A stretch of 43,444 bases of DNA from an uncultured Pseudomonadales bacterium (GCA_964574065.1 CAZNKS010000001.1:1-43444); one strand, 5' to 3'. Shown: positions 8,157-15,073, counted from the stretch's first letter. Made by a program: numbers and translations. The notes: generated from the sequence alone by a model not told the origin.

Positions 8157-8459
8157 TTAGTCAAATAACTCTTTGTTTTGATCTAGGTAATATTTAGTTC
8201 TCTGGTCACTCTTATCAATTTTAGTCTTTAATGCTTGAAGAAGATCAAGCAACTCACGTTCCATTTTGTATATTTTATCCTGACATTCTATCGGTGAAGG
8301 TCTGGAAGCATGGAAGAACTCTCCTCTAATGTAGCGAAAGAATTCGACTGAAAGTACGAGTTTGGGATATGTTTCAGCAACGTCTTCCTGAGACTGAGCT
8401 TGTATTAACTCTTTCTTGATAAGCGTAAAAAGATCATCTGCTAAGTAACAGAAATCCAT
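8157..8459 (-). CDS. Hypothetical helical protein (100 aa), third gene of the orphan three-gene cassette
   Basis: The ATG at 8459 is separated by 1 nt from the stop (8461-8463) of the upstream ORF, which suggests translational coupling. The track's longer version begins inside the upstream gene. Confidence 0.5.
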   Translation of the reverse strand: MDFCYLADDLFTLIKKELIQAQSQEDVAETYPKLVLSVEFFRYIRGEFFHASRPSPIECQDKIYKMERELLDLLQALKTKIDKSDQRTKYYLDQNKELFD

Positions 8460-8460
8460 T

Positions 8461-8709
8461 TTAGAGACCCCCGCCGTGATTATTCTTAGCTTCGTAATAT
8501 TCAAAAGAAGCGACATCCAATCGATCTAGAAGTCTATGATCAAGAGCTGAGAATTTTTCCATAAAGATTTTTCTATCTTCGCCAGAAAGAGGCTCTTCAC
8601 CGTTCTTTTCAAGCAATACAATAAGTTGCTTCAAGTATGAAAGTGCTGTGTTCCTTGCTTCAATGTACGCTTGTTTTTTTTGCACTTCTATTTGCATTGC
8701 ATCAGACAT
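8461..8709 (-). CDS. Hypothetical helical protein (82 aa), second gene of the orphan three-gene cassette
   Basis: ATG ORF with AAGGA about 8 nt upstream. It starts 15 nt after the stop of ORF 8725..9585. Confidence 0.5.
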   Translation of the reverse strand: MSDAMQIEVQKKQAYIEARNTALSYLKQLIVLLEKNGEEPLSGEDRKIFMEKFSALDHRLLDRLDVASFEYYEAKNNHGGGL

Positions 8710-8724
8710 ACTCTATCCTTTCGA

Positions 8725-9585
8725 CTAGTTTCTACTTATCAGAGCCATATAGGACTTCATATTTTCAATGTGTCGGTGTAGCTCTTTGAAAAGTGTTTCT
8801 TGACTTCGAGATTCTTGATTAGGCAATTCACCAGTTTTAGGATCTGCCTGCGGATCAACATATCTACGCATAGCAACAAACCTATTTTCTATTGCAGAAC
8901 CCACTCTATCAAACCATGAACTTAATTCTGTCAATTGAGACTGCATCTGTTCTACGGTTTCAGCTTTTGATACATTCTTCAAAAAGTCATTTACTCTTGC
9001 CGTAGTTTCTACACCTTGTCCTGAACCAAAGATGCTCATAATTGTGCCTTGAGCTGCATTTGCATCTACAGAAATTTGATACATTCGATTCCAAGCACCT
9101 TGGAATTCACTCATTGCAGTCTTCACGGTTTGGAGATTGACTTCTTTATTCTGATTTTCGATCTCCTTTGGTGCAACACCAGTCCCTGTCTCTGTTTCAG
9201 TCTGAGGAGGTGTAGCTGTTGGAGTTTCACCTGCCTCTGCCGTGTCCTTAGCCTTTTCTGTTGTTTGTTCGCTTGAATCACCCCCAGTAACTTCCGGCTG
9301 TCTAGTTTTGGTTTGCTCTTGCATTTGCATACCTCTTGCTCTCATGAATTCAACCATCATAGGATCAGATGCGATCGCATCATTTAGTGCTTGAAGCTGA
9401 TTGGTTTCACCCATCGCTTTTGCTTGCTTACCTCGCTCAACATAGTCTTTAGCCTTCTGAAGCTTTTCGTTTTCAGCTTTCACTTCATCCATGGTAAATT
9501 GCTCATCATTTGTGTTTTCCTCGGGACGTACCCCTTGCTGTTCTTCTATAGCCATTTCTTCAAATGATGGTTTGGATTCCGACAT
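8725..9585 (-). CDS. Hypothetical acidic protein (286 aa): disordered E/T/Q-rich N-terminal half and helical C-terminal domain
   Basis: ATG ORF and first gene after repeat copy 4. The N-terminal half is low complexity (..TEKAKDTAEAGETPTATPPQTETETGTG..). The C-terminal portion of about 130 aa is helical. I recognise no family. Confidence 0.55.
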   Translation of the reverse strand: MSESKPSFEEMAIEEQQGVRPEENTNDEQFTMDEVKAENEKLQKAKDYVERGKQAKAMGETNQLQALNDAIASDPMMVEFMRARGMQMQEQTKTRQPEVTGGDSSEQTTEKAKDTAEAGETPTATPPQTETETGTGVAPKEIENQNKEVNLQTVKTAMSEFQGAWNRMYQISVDANAAQGTIMSIFGSGQGVETTARVNDFLKNVSKAETVEQMQSQLTELSSWFDRVGSAIENRFVAMRRYVDPQADPKTGELPNQESRSQETLFKELHRHIENMKSYMALISRN

Positions 9586-9632
9586 AGCCTGGAGTATAAA
9601 AGCATTTTGAAGAAACTTAAAGTAGCTAGTTT

Positions 9633-9716
9633 ATTTACAAACTCTCAAAATCACGATATGTGTCGGATCTATGGAATGAAATAATAACTCAGTTCCAGAT
9701 TAAGAATCCTATAGCA
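9633..9716 (-). repeat. Cassette repeat copy 4 (short form, 84 bp)
   Basis: ATTTACAAACTCTCAAAATCACGATATGTGTCGGATCTATGGAATGAAATAATAACTCAGTTCCAGATTAAGAATCCTATAGC. The 29-nt GC-rich module AGGAGTTTACCCTGAGCGAGGCCGAAGGG is replaced by ATGTG. Confidence 0.9.
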
Positions 9717-9718
9717 AA

Positions 9719-10090
9719 TTATGTTTTTATCCTAACAAAATAGAATTGATTTAATTCGTCTCCACCTGCCACAAATTTATGTTTACTTCCAGCAGGAATA
9801 ATAATCACATCGTCAGGTTTATACTCCACAATTTGATCTTCCCAATAAAACTTACCTGTACCAGCAAGAACAACTCCTAGTTCATCATGATCATCATGTA
9901 TGTGCCAATCCCAATATTGGCCTGGTTTCAATAAACCTTTAGTCATTGCATCAATGTTGTCCGTTACCAAATCATCTTTGGTTGCTAAAGTTTGACGAGA
10001 ATCAGGAAGATCATGTGTGCCTTCAAGTGGTATTTCGCTGATGTGTTTTATTTGGAACATTTTCATCGTTAATGTGATTCTATCAGACAA
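9719..10090 (-). CDS. Cupin-domain protein
   Basis: Cupin motif 1 in WDWHIHDDHDELGVVLAGTG (HxH-x4-E-x6-G). The track start at 10090 is a TTG. ATG alternatives are at 10066 and 10060. Confidence 0.7.
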   Translation of the reverse strand: MSDRITLTMKMFQIKHISEIPLEGTHDLPDSRQTLATKDDLVTDNIDAMTKGLLKPGQYWDWHIHDDHDELGVVLAGTGKFYWEDQIVEYKPDDVIIIPAGSKHKFVAGGDELNQFYFVRIKT

Positions 10091-10109
10091 GTGAGGATAT
10101 ATGAGAACT

Positions 10110-10195
10110 ATTTACAAACCCACAAAAATACGATACATGTCGGATCTATGGAACCAAATTGTAACTCACTTCCAGATCAAGGAGCCTATAGCTTT
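10110..10195 (-). repeat. Cassette repeat copy 5 (short form, 86 bp, the most diverged copy)
   Basis: ATTTACAAACCCACAAAAATACGATACATGTCGGATCTATGGAACCAAATTGTAACTCACTTCCAGATCAAGGAGCCTATAGC. It lacks the GC-rich module. Confidence 0.85.
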
Positions 10196-10203
10196 ATACG
10201 TTT

Positions 10204-10749
10204 TTACTGACTCAAGAACTCAGGAAACTTAATAATTAGTAATCCATATGCGCTGATAGTTGGAGCATCGGTAATCTGGCCTTGTTCGACAGCTTGAGCA
10301 AACTCTACTGGAGTCAATTCCAAACGCTCTAATCCTACTTCTGTTAAATCAAGATTTGCTTCTTTTTGAACAAGATCAGTCGCTAAATAAATATGAAATC
10401 CTTGATTACTGTAACCTGGTGCTTCGTGTAAAAATCCAATGTGTTTTAGTTTGTTTGCCTCAAACCCTGTTTCTTCAAGTAACTCGGCTTTTGCCATAAG
10501 ATCAGAGTCTTCATCTGGCTTATCTTCATGTTTACCCTGAGGGAATTCAATAGATTCTTGTTTAGTAGGGTAACGATACTGTTTAACTAAATGAAATTTC
10601 TTACCGTCAAAAGGCACAATTAAAGCAAAATCTGATTTATCAACGACTCCATAAATACCTTTATGTCCATTCGGAAACTCAACTTCATCTTCTAACACTT
10701 TCATCCATGGATTTTGATAGACAATCTTTGTTGCCAATTGCTTAATCAT
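10204..10749 (-). CDS. NUDIX hydrolase (ADP-ribose pyrophosphatase-like)
   Basis: Nudix box GKHEDKPDEDSDLMAKAELLEETGF (E-x7-[R/A]ELLEETG). 181 aa. Confidence 0.8.
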   Translation of the reverse strand: MIKQLATKIVYQNPWMKVLEDEVEFPNGHKGIYGVVDKSDFALIVPFDGKKFHLVKQYRYPTKQESIEFPQGKHEDKPDEDSDLMAKAELLEETGFEANKLKHIGFLHEAPGYSNQGFHIYLATDLVQKEANLDLTEVGLERLELTPVEFAQAVEQGQITDAPTISAYGLLIIKFPEFLSQ

Positions 10750-10787
10750 GTTTATATTCTATCTTGTAGGTGTTGTCTGGGAAAGGT

Positions 10788-10896
10788 GTTTACAAACTCT
10801 CAAAAACACGATAGGAGTTTACCCTGAGCGAGGCCGAAGGGTCGGATCTATGGAATGAAATAATAACTCACTTCCAGATCAAAAGTCCTATAGTTT
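10788..10896 (-). repeat. Cassette repeat copy 6 (long form, 109 bp)
   Basis: Identical to copy 1 except for a few bases near the 3' end (..CCAGATCAAAAGTCCTATAGTTT). Confidence 0.95.
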
Positions 10897-10975
10897 ATTT
10901 TGTTTTTACTGGTAACGAGTCTCCTACTTCTCAGCCAATAACTCAAAAGCTTGCTTTGGCTGAAATCGATTAAGT

Positions 10976-11281
10976 CTACTCTGTATCCAGAGAATCATTA
11001 TCATCCATATTCATTTCTGCGGCAACCATATTACCCCAGATCTGCATGAAGACTTGCATAGCTCCGTCTATCCCAACTAAATAGGCATACTCGCTTAAGA
11101 CCATCTTTGCTTGCTCTTCGTCGGCATTTCTTATAGCAATTTCTAGCAATCTTTTTCTCGATACAGACCAATCAATAGCACTATCTTTCAAATAATCTCT
11201 TGAAGGCAATTCAGTTGGTCTTCCGTTTGGAAAAACTTCAGCAACCCAAGCTTCACGAGATTCAAAACTAAAAACTGACAT
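10976..11281 (-). CDS. Hypothetical small acidic protein (101 aa), coupled to the upstream nuclease-like gene
   Basis: ATG with AGGAG 8 nt upstream. It starts 21 nt after the stop of ORF 11303..12238. The C-terminus is acidic (MNMDDNDSLDTE). Confidence 0.55.
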   Translation of the reverse strand: MSVFSFESREAWVAEVFPNGRPTELPSRDYLKDSAIDWSVSRKRLLEIAIRNADEEQAKMVLSEYAYLVGIDGAMQVFMQIWGNMVAAEMNMDDNDSLDTE

Positions 11282-11302
11282 AGAAAATTCTCCTAATAAT
11301 AA

Positions 11303-12238
11303 TTATTTTTCTTTCGTTTCAAGGAATTTTTTATATACTTGCTTCATAATGAAGACTGCGTAGTCAATATCTTCTGGTTTCTCGATATTCATCCTCGACA
11401 CATGATGATGGAAATACTCATAGGAGTTTTCCATGTAGGAGACCTTCTTTTCAGGATCATTGAGTTCTTCAGGTCTTGTTCTTCCAAATTCAAAACCTAG
11501 TTTGTTTCTATATACCTTCAAAACGGCGATATTCCATCTACCAATGTTGAATCCAATGTAAATCTTGGTCGGTTTTACTTCAATTCTCGAGTCAACAGCA
11601 GTAACTTTTTGCTCAAGTTCGTCAAACAACTCTCTACTGTGTTTACTACCTTCTTTAAAATGATCATCTATTGAATAACTTTTAATCTCCCTACTCACTT
11701 TTTCAACTACTTGATCATCTGTGATTTTACTAATTGATTCTTTTGCATTTTTTGCTTTGATCTGGTTATAGAGCAACGTGCCATTCTCAAAAACCTTTAC
11801 TTCCCAAAGTTGAATCGGTAAATCTTTAAAGTTAATGGCATTTTGCTGATGGACGGTAAAAGAGTTAGCAATAAAAAGCACTCTAGATTGTGACCAGTCT
11901 ATATCTTCCCGCTTCAATGTTTGTCCAAGTTGCTCGTTATACTCAAGGATAAACTCCGCTTTTTGATTCAGCATCAAGGACAAGTAAGCAAATCCTTGAT
12001 CAATAATTGAAAAACTTCTATCCCGTTTATACTCAAGAATTACAAACGAGCCAGTACTTTCATCAAAAGCAAGAGTATCAATTCTCAAATCTCCAAGTTG
12101 GAGTTCAGATTTAACAAAAGTGAGTCCAAAAATCTCTGATAGGTTCTGCTCTGTAAGACTTTGGATATCTTTTTCGAGCTCTATCTTCTTTTCATTAATA
12201 GTTTTCAGCTTTTTGCCATTGATCTGAAAAAGTGGCAT
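11303..12238 (-). CDS. PD-(D/E)XK nuclease-like protein (NucS/DUF91-type core) with a C-terminal DUF5655-like region
   Basis: LRIDTLAFDESTGSFVILEYKRDRS matches the D...E-x-K core of NucS/DUF91-type nucleases. 311 aa. It is the first gene of the island. Confidence 0.55.
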   Translation of the reverse strand: MPLFQINGKKLKTINEKKIELEKDIQSLTEQNLSEIFGLTFVKSELQLGDLRIDTLAFDESTGSFVILEYKRDRSFSIIDQGFAYLSLMLNQKAEFILEYNEQLGQTLKREDIDWSQSRVLFIANSFTVHQQNAINFKDLPIQLWEVKVFENGTLLYNQIKAKNAKESISKITDDQVVEKVSREIKSYSIDDHFKEGSKHSRELFDELEQKVTAVDSRIEVKPTKIYIGFNIGRWNIAVLKVYRNKLGFEFGRTRPEELNDPEKKVSYMENSYEYFHHHVSRMNIEKPEDIDYAVFIMKQVYKKFLETKEK

Positions 12239-12286
12239 ATTTGATCTGGATTATACATCCAAATTGGTTTTTTACCTATGGATATA

Positions 12287-12315
12287 CCAACTCTCATAGA
12301 GTTAGTCCTATTTTT
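12287..12315. repeat. Strongly reduced remnant of the cassette repeat at the tatD-proximal edge of the island
   Basis: CCAACTCTCA-TAGAGTTA-GTCCTATTTTT resembles three collapsed blocks of the repeat (CAAACTCTCA / TAGGAGTTTA / GTCCTATAGTTT) in the same orientation. Confidence 0.3.
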
Positions 12316-12444
12316 GTAATCCTGAGTAACTTGAGATTGGCATTTATTGAAGTTGTAATGAGCCGTGTTCTTTTTGAAGATTTGTCAACCAATCAATAAA
12401 GAATTTATTTGCTTCAATTCTTATTTGTGGCCGGGAGGATAGAA

Positions 12445-13272
12445 CTAGAACCTAAATGCTTTATGTGCGTTTTTATCTATAATGCCATCAAAGTCCACGA
12501 GCTCTTTTTCAAGTGTATTGGCAATAAACCGAGCAGTTTCCATCACTCCACTTGGATCGTTCGTTTGACCTCTTCTTGATTGCGGTGGGAGAAATGGACT
12601 GTCAGTTTCTACGAGCAGCCGATCAAGCGGAACGACATCAAGCAGAGCTCTGATCGCATGAGCGTTTGGATATGTCACGTTGCCTGCAAAGCTCACATAG
12701 GCACCAAGTTGTATGGCTTTGGAAATGTAATCAGGACTTCCAGAAGCACAATGGAGAATGAATTGAGGAAGTTCATTCTCTTGCTGTAACGCTTCAAGTT
12801 CATCAAGTAGATCAGCATAGGCATCAAAAGGAATGGTTGTTTGATCTCGAAAGGATCGACAGTGAATAATCAGGGCTTTTTGCGTCTTCAAAGCCAATTT
12901 TGCTTGTGCCCGGAACAGCTTGCGTTGTGCTTGCCTGGTTTCATTCCAGGTGTTGGAATCAAAGCGACTGTAATCAAGTCCACATTCTCCAATAGCTACT
13001 ACTTTTTCTGATGAGAGTAGAGTTTGAAGTGCGTCGATAGAGCTTTGTATTTGCTCATCGGATATGTCTGGAGTTGCTTCTTCCGGATGAATCCCTATAC
13101 TTGCGAATACTGATGAGAATTTCGTGGCACACTCGATTGCTGACTTACTCGTTTGTAGGTCAGTGCCAACTACAACCATAGCTTCCACACCTGCCAGGAG
13201 TGCTTTCTCGTAGTATTCCTGGGCCTTTTCGGCAAGCGGTGAGAGATTTAAATGACAATGGGTATCAATCAT
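12445..13272 (-). CDS. tatD: TatD-family metal-dependent DNase/hydrolase
   Basis: MIDTHCHLNL at the ATG at 13272, and a conserved ...ETDSPFL.P motif near the C-terminus. The track's 61-aa N-terminal extension overlaps secG and is not credible. Confidence 0.85.
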   Translation of the reverse strand: MIDTHCHLNLSPLAEKAQEYYEKALLAGVEAMVVVGTDLQTSKSAIECATKFSSVFASIGIHPEEATPDISDEQIQSSIDALQTLLSSEKVVAIGECGLDYSRFDSNTWNETRQAQRKLFRAQAKLALKTQKALIIHCRSFRDQTTIPFDAYADLLDELEALQQENELPQFILHCASGSPDYISKAIQLGAYVSFAGNVTYPNAHAIRALLDVVPLDRLLVETDSPFLPPQSRRGQTNDPSGVMETARFIANTLEKELVDFDGIIDKNAHKAFRF

Positions 13273-13354
13273 AGTTCGTAGTGTATCGCGGATTGTACGT
13301 ATGCGAAACAGAATCTGGATTTTTTCTCTCATTGGCGATAGAATTGGACAACAA

Positions 13355-13579
13355 ATGTCACTCTCAATGATTCTCCTCTCCATCCAAATTCTTATTTCTC
13401 TCCTCTTAGTTGGAGCCATCCTCTTGCAAGCACAAGGATCAGGACTTGGATCCACTTGGGGCGGAGGCGGAGAAAGCTATCACACCAAACGAGGAATTGA
13501 AAAATCGCTTTTTGGTTTTACGATAGTATTGATCGTCCTTTTTTTCATAGTGTCACTGGCAACAGTGATCTTGGTGTAA
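13355..13579 (+). CDS. secG: Preprotein translocase subunit SecG
   Basis: About 74 aa with two TM segments and the SecG-typical LLQ..GSGLG.. segment (VGAILLQAQGSGLGSTWGGGG). ATG at 13355. Confidence 0.8.
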   Translation: MSLSMILLSIQILISLLLVGAILLQAQGSGLGSTWGGGGESYHTKRGIEKSLFGFTIVLIVLFFIVSLATVILV

Positions 13580-13596
13580 GATAAAAAGATATTCCC

Positions 13597-15072
13597 ATGT
13601 CAACTCTTCGTACCACTGCCTGGTATATTCAAGGTTTCCTTAAGAAATATGGAAAAGTTTTAGGAATTAGTACATTCGTGGGTATAGCTATCTTCATTTT
13701 TTTGCCAAACCTTCTGTCCCGAGTACCTTTTTTTAAGCCAACCTCCTATATTGGACGTGTAGGAAGCTTTCCCCTTTCGAGACTTCCTCGTGATATTCAA
13801 GAAAAGGTCAGTTTCGGACTGACGAAATCAGCCGAAGATGGACAGCTTGTTGCTGCGCTTGCTTCTTCTTTCCACTTGGAAGAGGAAGGCAAAGCGTATC
13901 GATTTACGATTCGGCCGAACGTCAGCTGGCAGGATGGTAGAACAGTTACACCACAAGATATTTCCTACGTGTTTGCTGATATCGATGTGGCTCGCTCACA
14001 AAACGATATCGTATACCGAATCCGTACGAAACGAGAGAATGAAGCCACCACTGATCCGTTTTTACCTTCTTCCTTTCTATCTCTCGTATCACAGCCATTA
14101 TTTCGTCAGGAAAAAGAACGCACATTTTTATTCTGGGAAAAGAACACTATTATCGGTTTAGGAGAATATGAAATTACGGATCTGGTGTATAAGGGCCCCG
14201 TGATTTCAGAAATTCGCCTGGAGTCAGATACAGACAGGCTAATCTATCGATTCTATCCCACAGAGCATGATGCAATCATCGCATTCAAACACGGACAAGT
14301 TGATCGGCTCGAACAAATTCAAAACATAGAAGATCTTGCCAGCTGGAATACCGCCTCCCGACGAATTGAAGTGCATGATGATCAATATATTGGTGTGTTC
14401 TTTAACTTGGCATATCGTGATGGTGAAGATCAGCCTCTGAGTAACAGAGGTCTTCGTCAGGCTTTGAATTTATCAATCCAAAAGCCACAAGCTGATAATC
14501 GTGTCCTCTCACCCATTCATAAAAATTCCTGGGCGTATGTTTCCAACGAAGATGATTTGGATCGCTTTGAGCAAAATATTAATGAAGCAGTTGGAACTTT
14601 GTTGAAAGCAGAGGTTATAAAACCACTTACATTAGAATTGACCACTATTCCTTCCTACGCAGCCAAAGCCGAAAGTATCAAACGGAGCTGGGAAATGTTA
14701 GGTGATCAAGCAATTGACACCTGTAAAGCACAGGGATCTGAAAAGAATTGTGATAACTTCAAGATTTCAGTTGCAATTCGAATCACCAATGTCCCTGACC
14801 TTTCTAACTTTCAAGTTCTTTTAGTAGGACAACAGATTCCTCAAGATCCCGATCAATACACATTGTGGCACTCCACTCAGCAAAGCAACTTTACGCACTA
14901 TAAAAATGCTCGAGTTGATAAGCTCTTAGAAGATGGAAGAAAGACAACTGACCGCGAAGAACGAAAACTATACTATCAAGAGTTTCAGCGCATCCTCGTC
15001 AAGGATAGTCCTGTTATTTTCTTAGAGCCCATCACCACATTCAATGTGTGGAAGAAAACAAATATTTTATAA
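13597..15072 (+). CDS. Membrane-anchored ABC-type substrate-binding protein, family 5 (peptide/nickel type)
   Basis: N-terminal TM anchor. SBP_bac_5-like segment FTIRPNVSWQDGRTVTPQDISYVF. 491 aa. No permease or ATPase gene is adjacent. Confidence 0.65.
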   Translation: MSTLRTTAWYIQGFLKKYGKVLGISTFVGIAIFIFLPNLLSRVPFFKPTSYIGRVGSFPLSRLPRDIQEKVSFGLTKSAEDGQLVAALASSFHLEEEGKAYRFTIRPNVSWQDGRTVTPQDISYVFADIDVARSQNDIVYRIRTKRENEATTDPFLPSSFLSLVSQPLFRQEKERTFLFWEKNTIIGLGEYEITDLVYKGPVISEIRLESDTDRLIYRFYPTEHDAIIAFKHGQVDRLEQIQNIEDLASWNTASRRIEVHDDQYIGVFFNLAYRDGEDQPLSNRGLRQALNLSIQKPQADNRVLSPIHKNSWAYVSNEDDLDRFEQNINEAVGTLLKAEVIKPLTLELTTIPSYAAKAESIKRSWEMLGDQAIDTCKAQGSEKNCDNFKISVAIRITNVPDLSNFQVLLVGQQIPQDPDQYTLWHSTQQSNFTHYKNARVDKLLEDGRKTTDREERKLYYQEFQRILVKDSPVIFLEPITTFNVWKKTNIL

Positions 15073-15073
15073 C

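Larger units (their letters stand above)
5783..12444 (-). mobile_element. Repeat-delimited gene-cassette island with integron/CALIN-like architecture. The repeat is non-canonical and no recombinase is present in the window.
   Basis: 11 ORFs, all on the minus strand, grouped into 7 cassettes. Six repeat copies (listed separately) fill almost every inter-cassette gap. Degenerate repeat remnants lie at both outer edges. The flanks are housekeeping genes (prfB; tatD/secG). By eye, the island is more AT-rich than its flanks. Confidence 0.5.

Noticed and set aside
6606-10896. Whether the regularly spaced repeats are a CRISPR array
   Set aside because: The repeat unit is 84-110 bp, not 24-48 bp. 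The spacers are 0.4-1.5 kb and each contains complete ORFs with start and stop codons and known domains. No cas genes are present.
6606-10896. Calling the repeats bona fide integron attC sites
   Set aside because: I could not find the RYYYAAC / GTTRRRY boxes at the repeat ends on either strand, and there is no intI in the window. The proposed outer pairing (ATAGGA/TCCTAT) is missing from the short-form copies. The observation is kept as an integron-like hypothesis in the findings, not as an annotation.
13273-13455. 61-aa N-terminal extension of the TatD ORF
   Set aside because: The canonical TatD N-terminus MIDTHCHL begins at the ATG at 13272. The extension is Arg/Cys-rich, uses a non-ATG start and overlaps the divergent secG gene.
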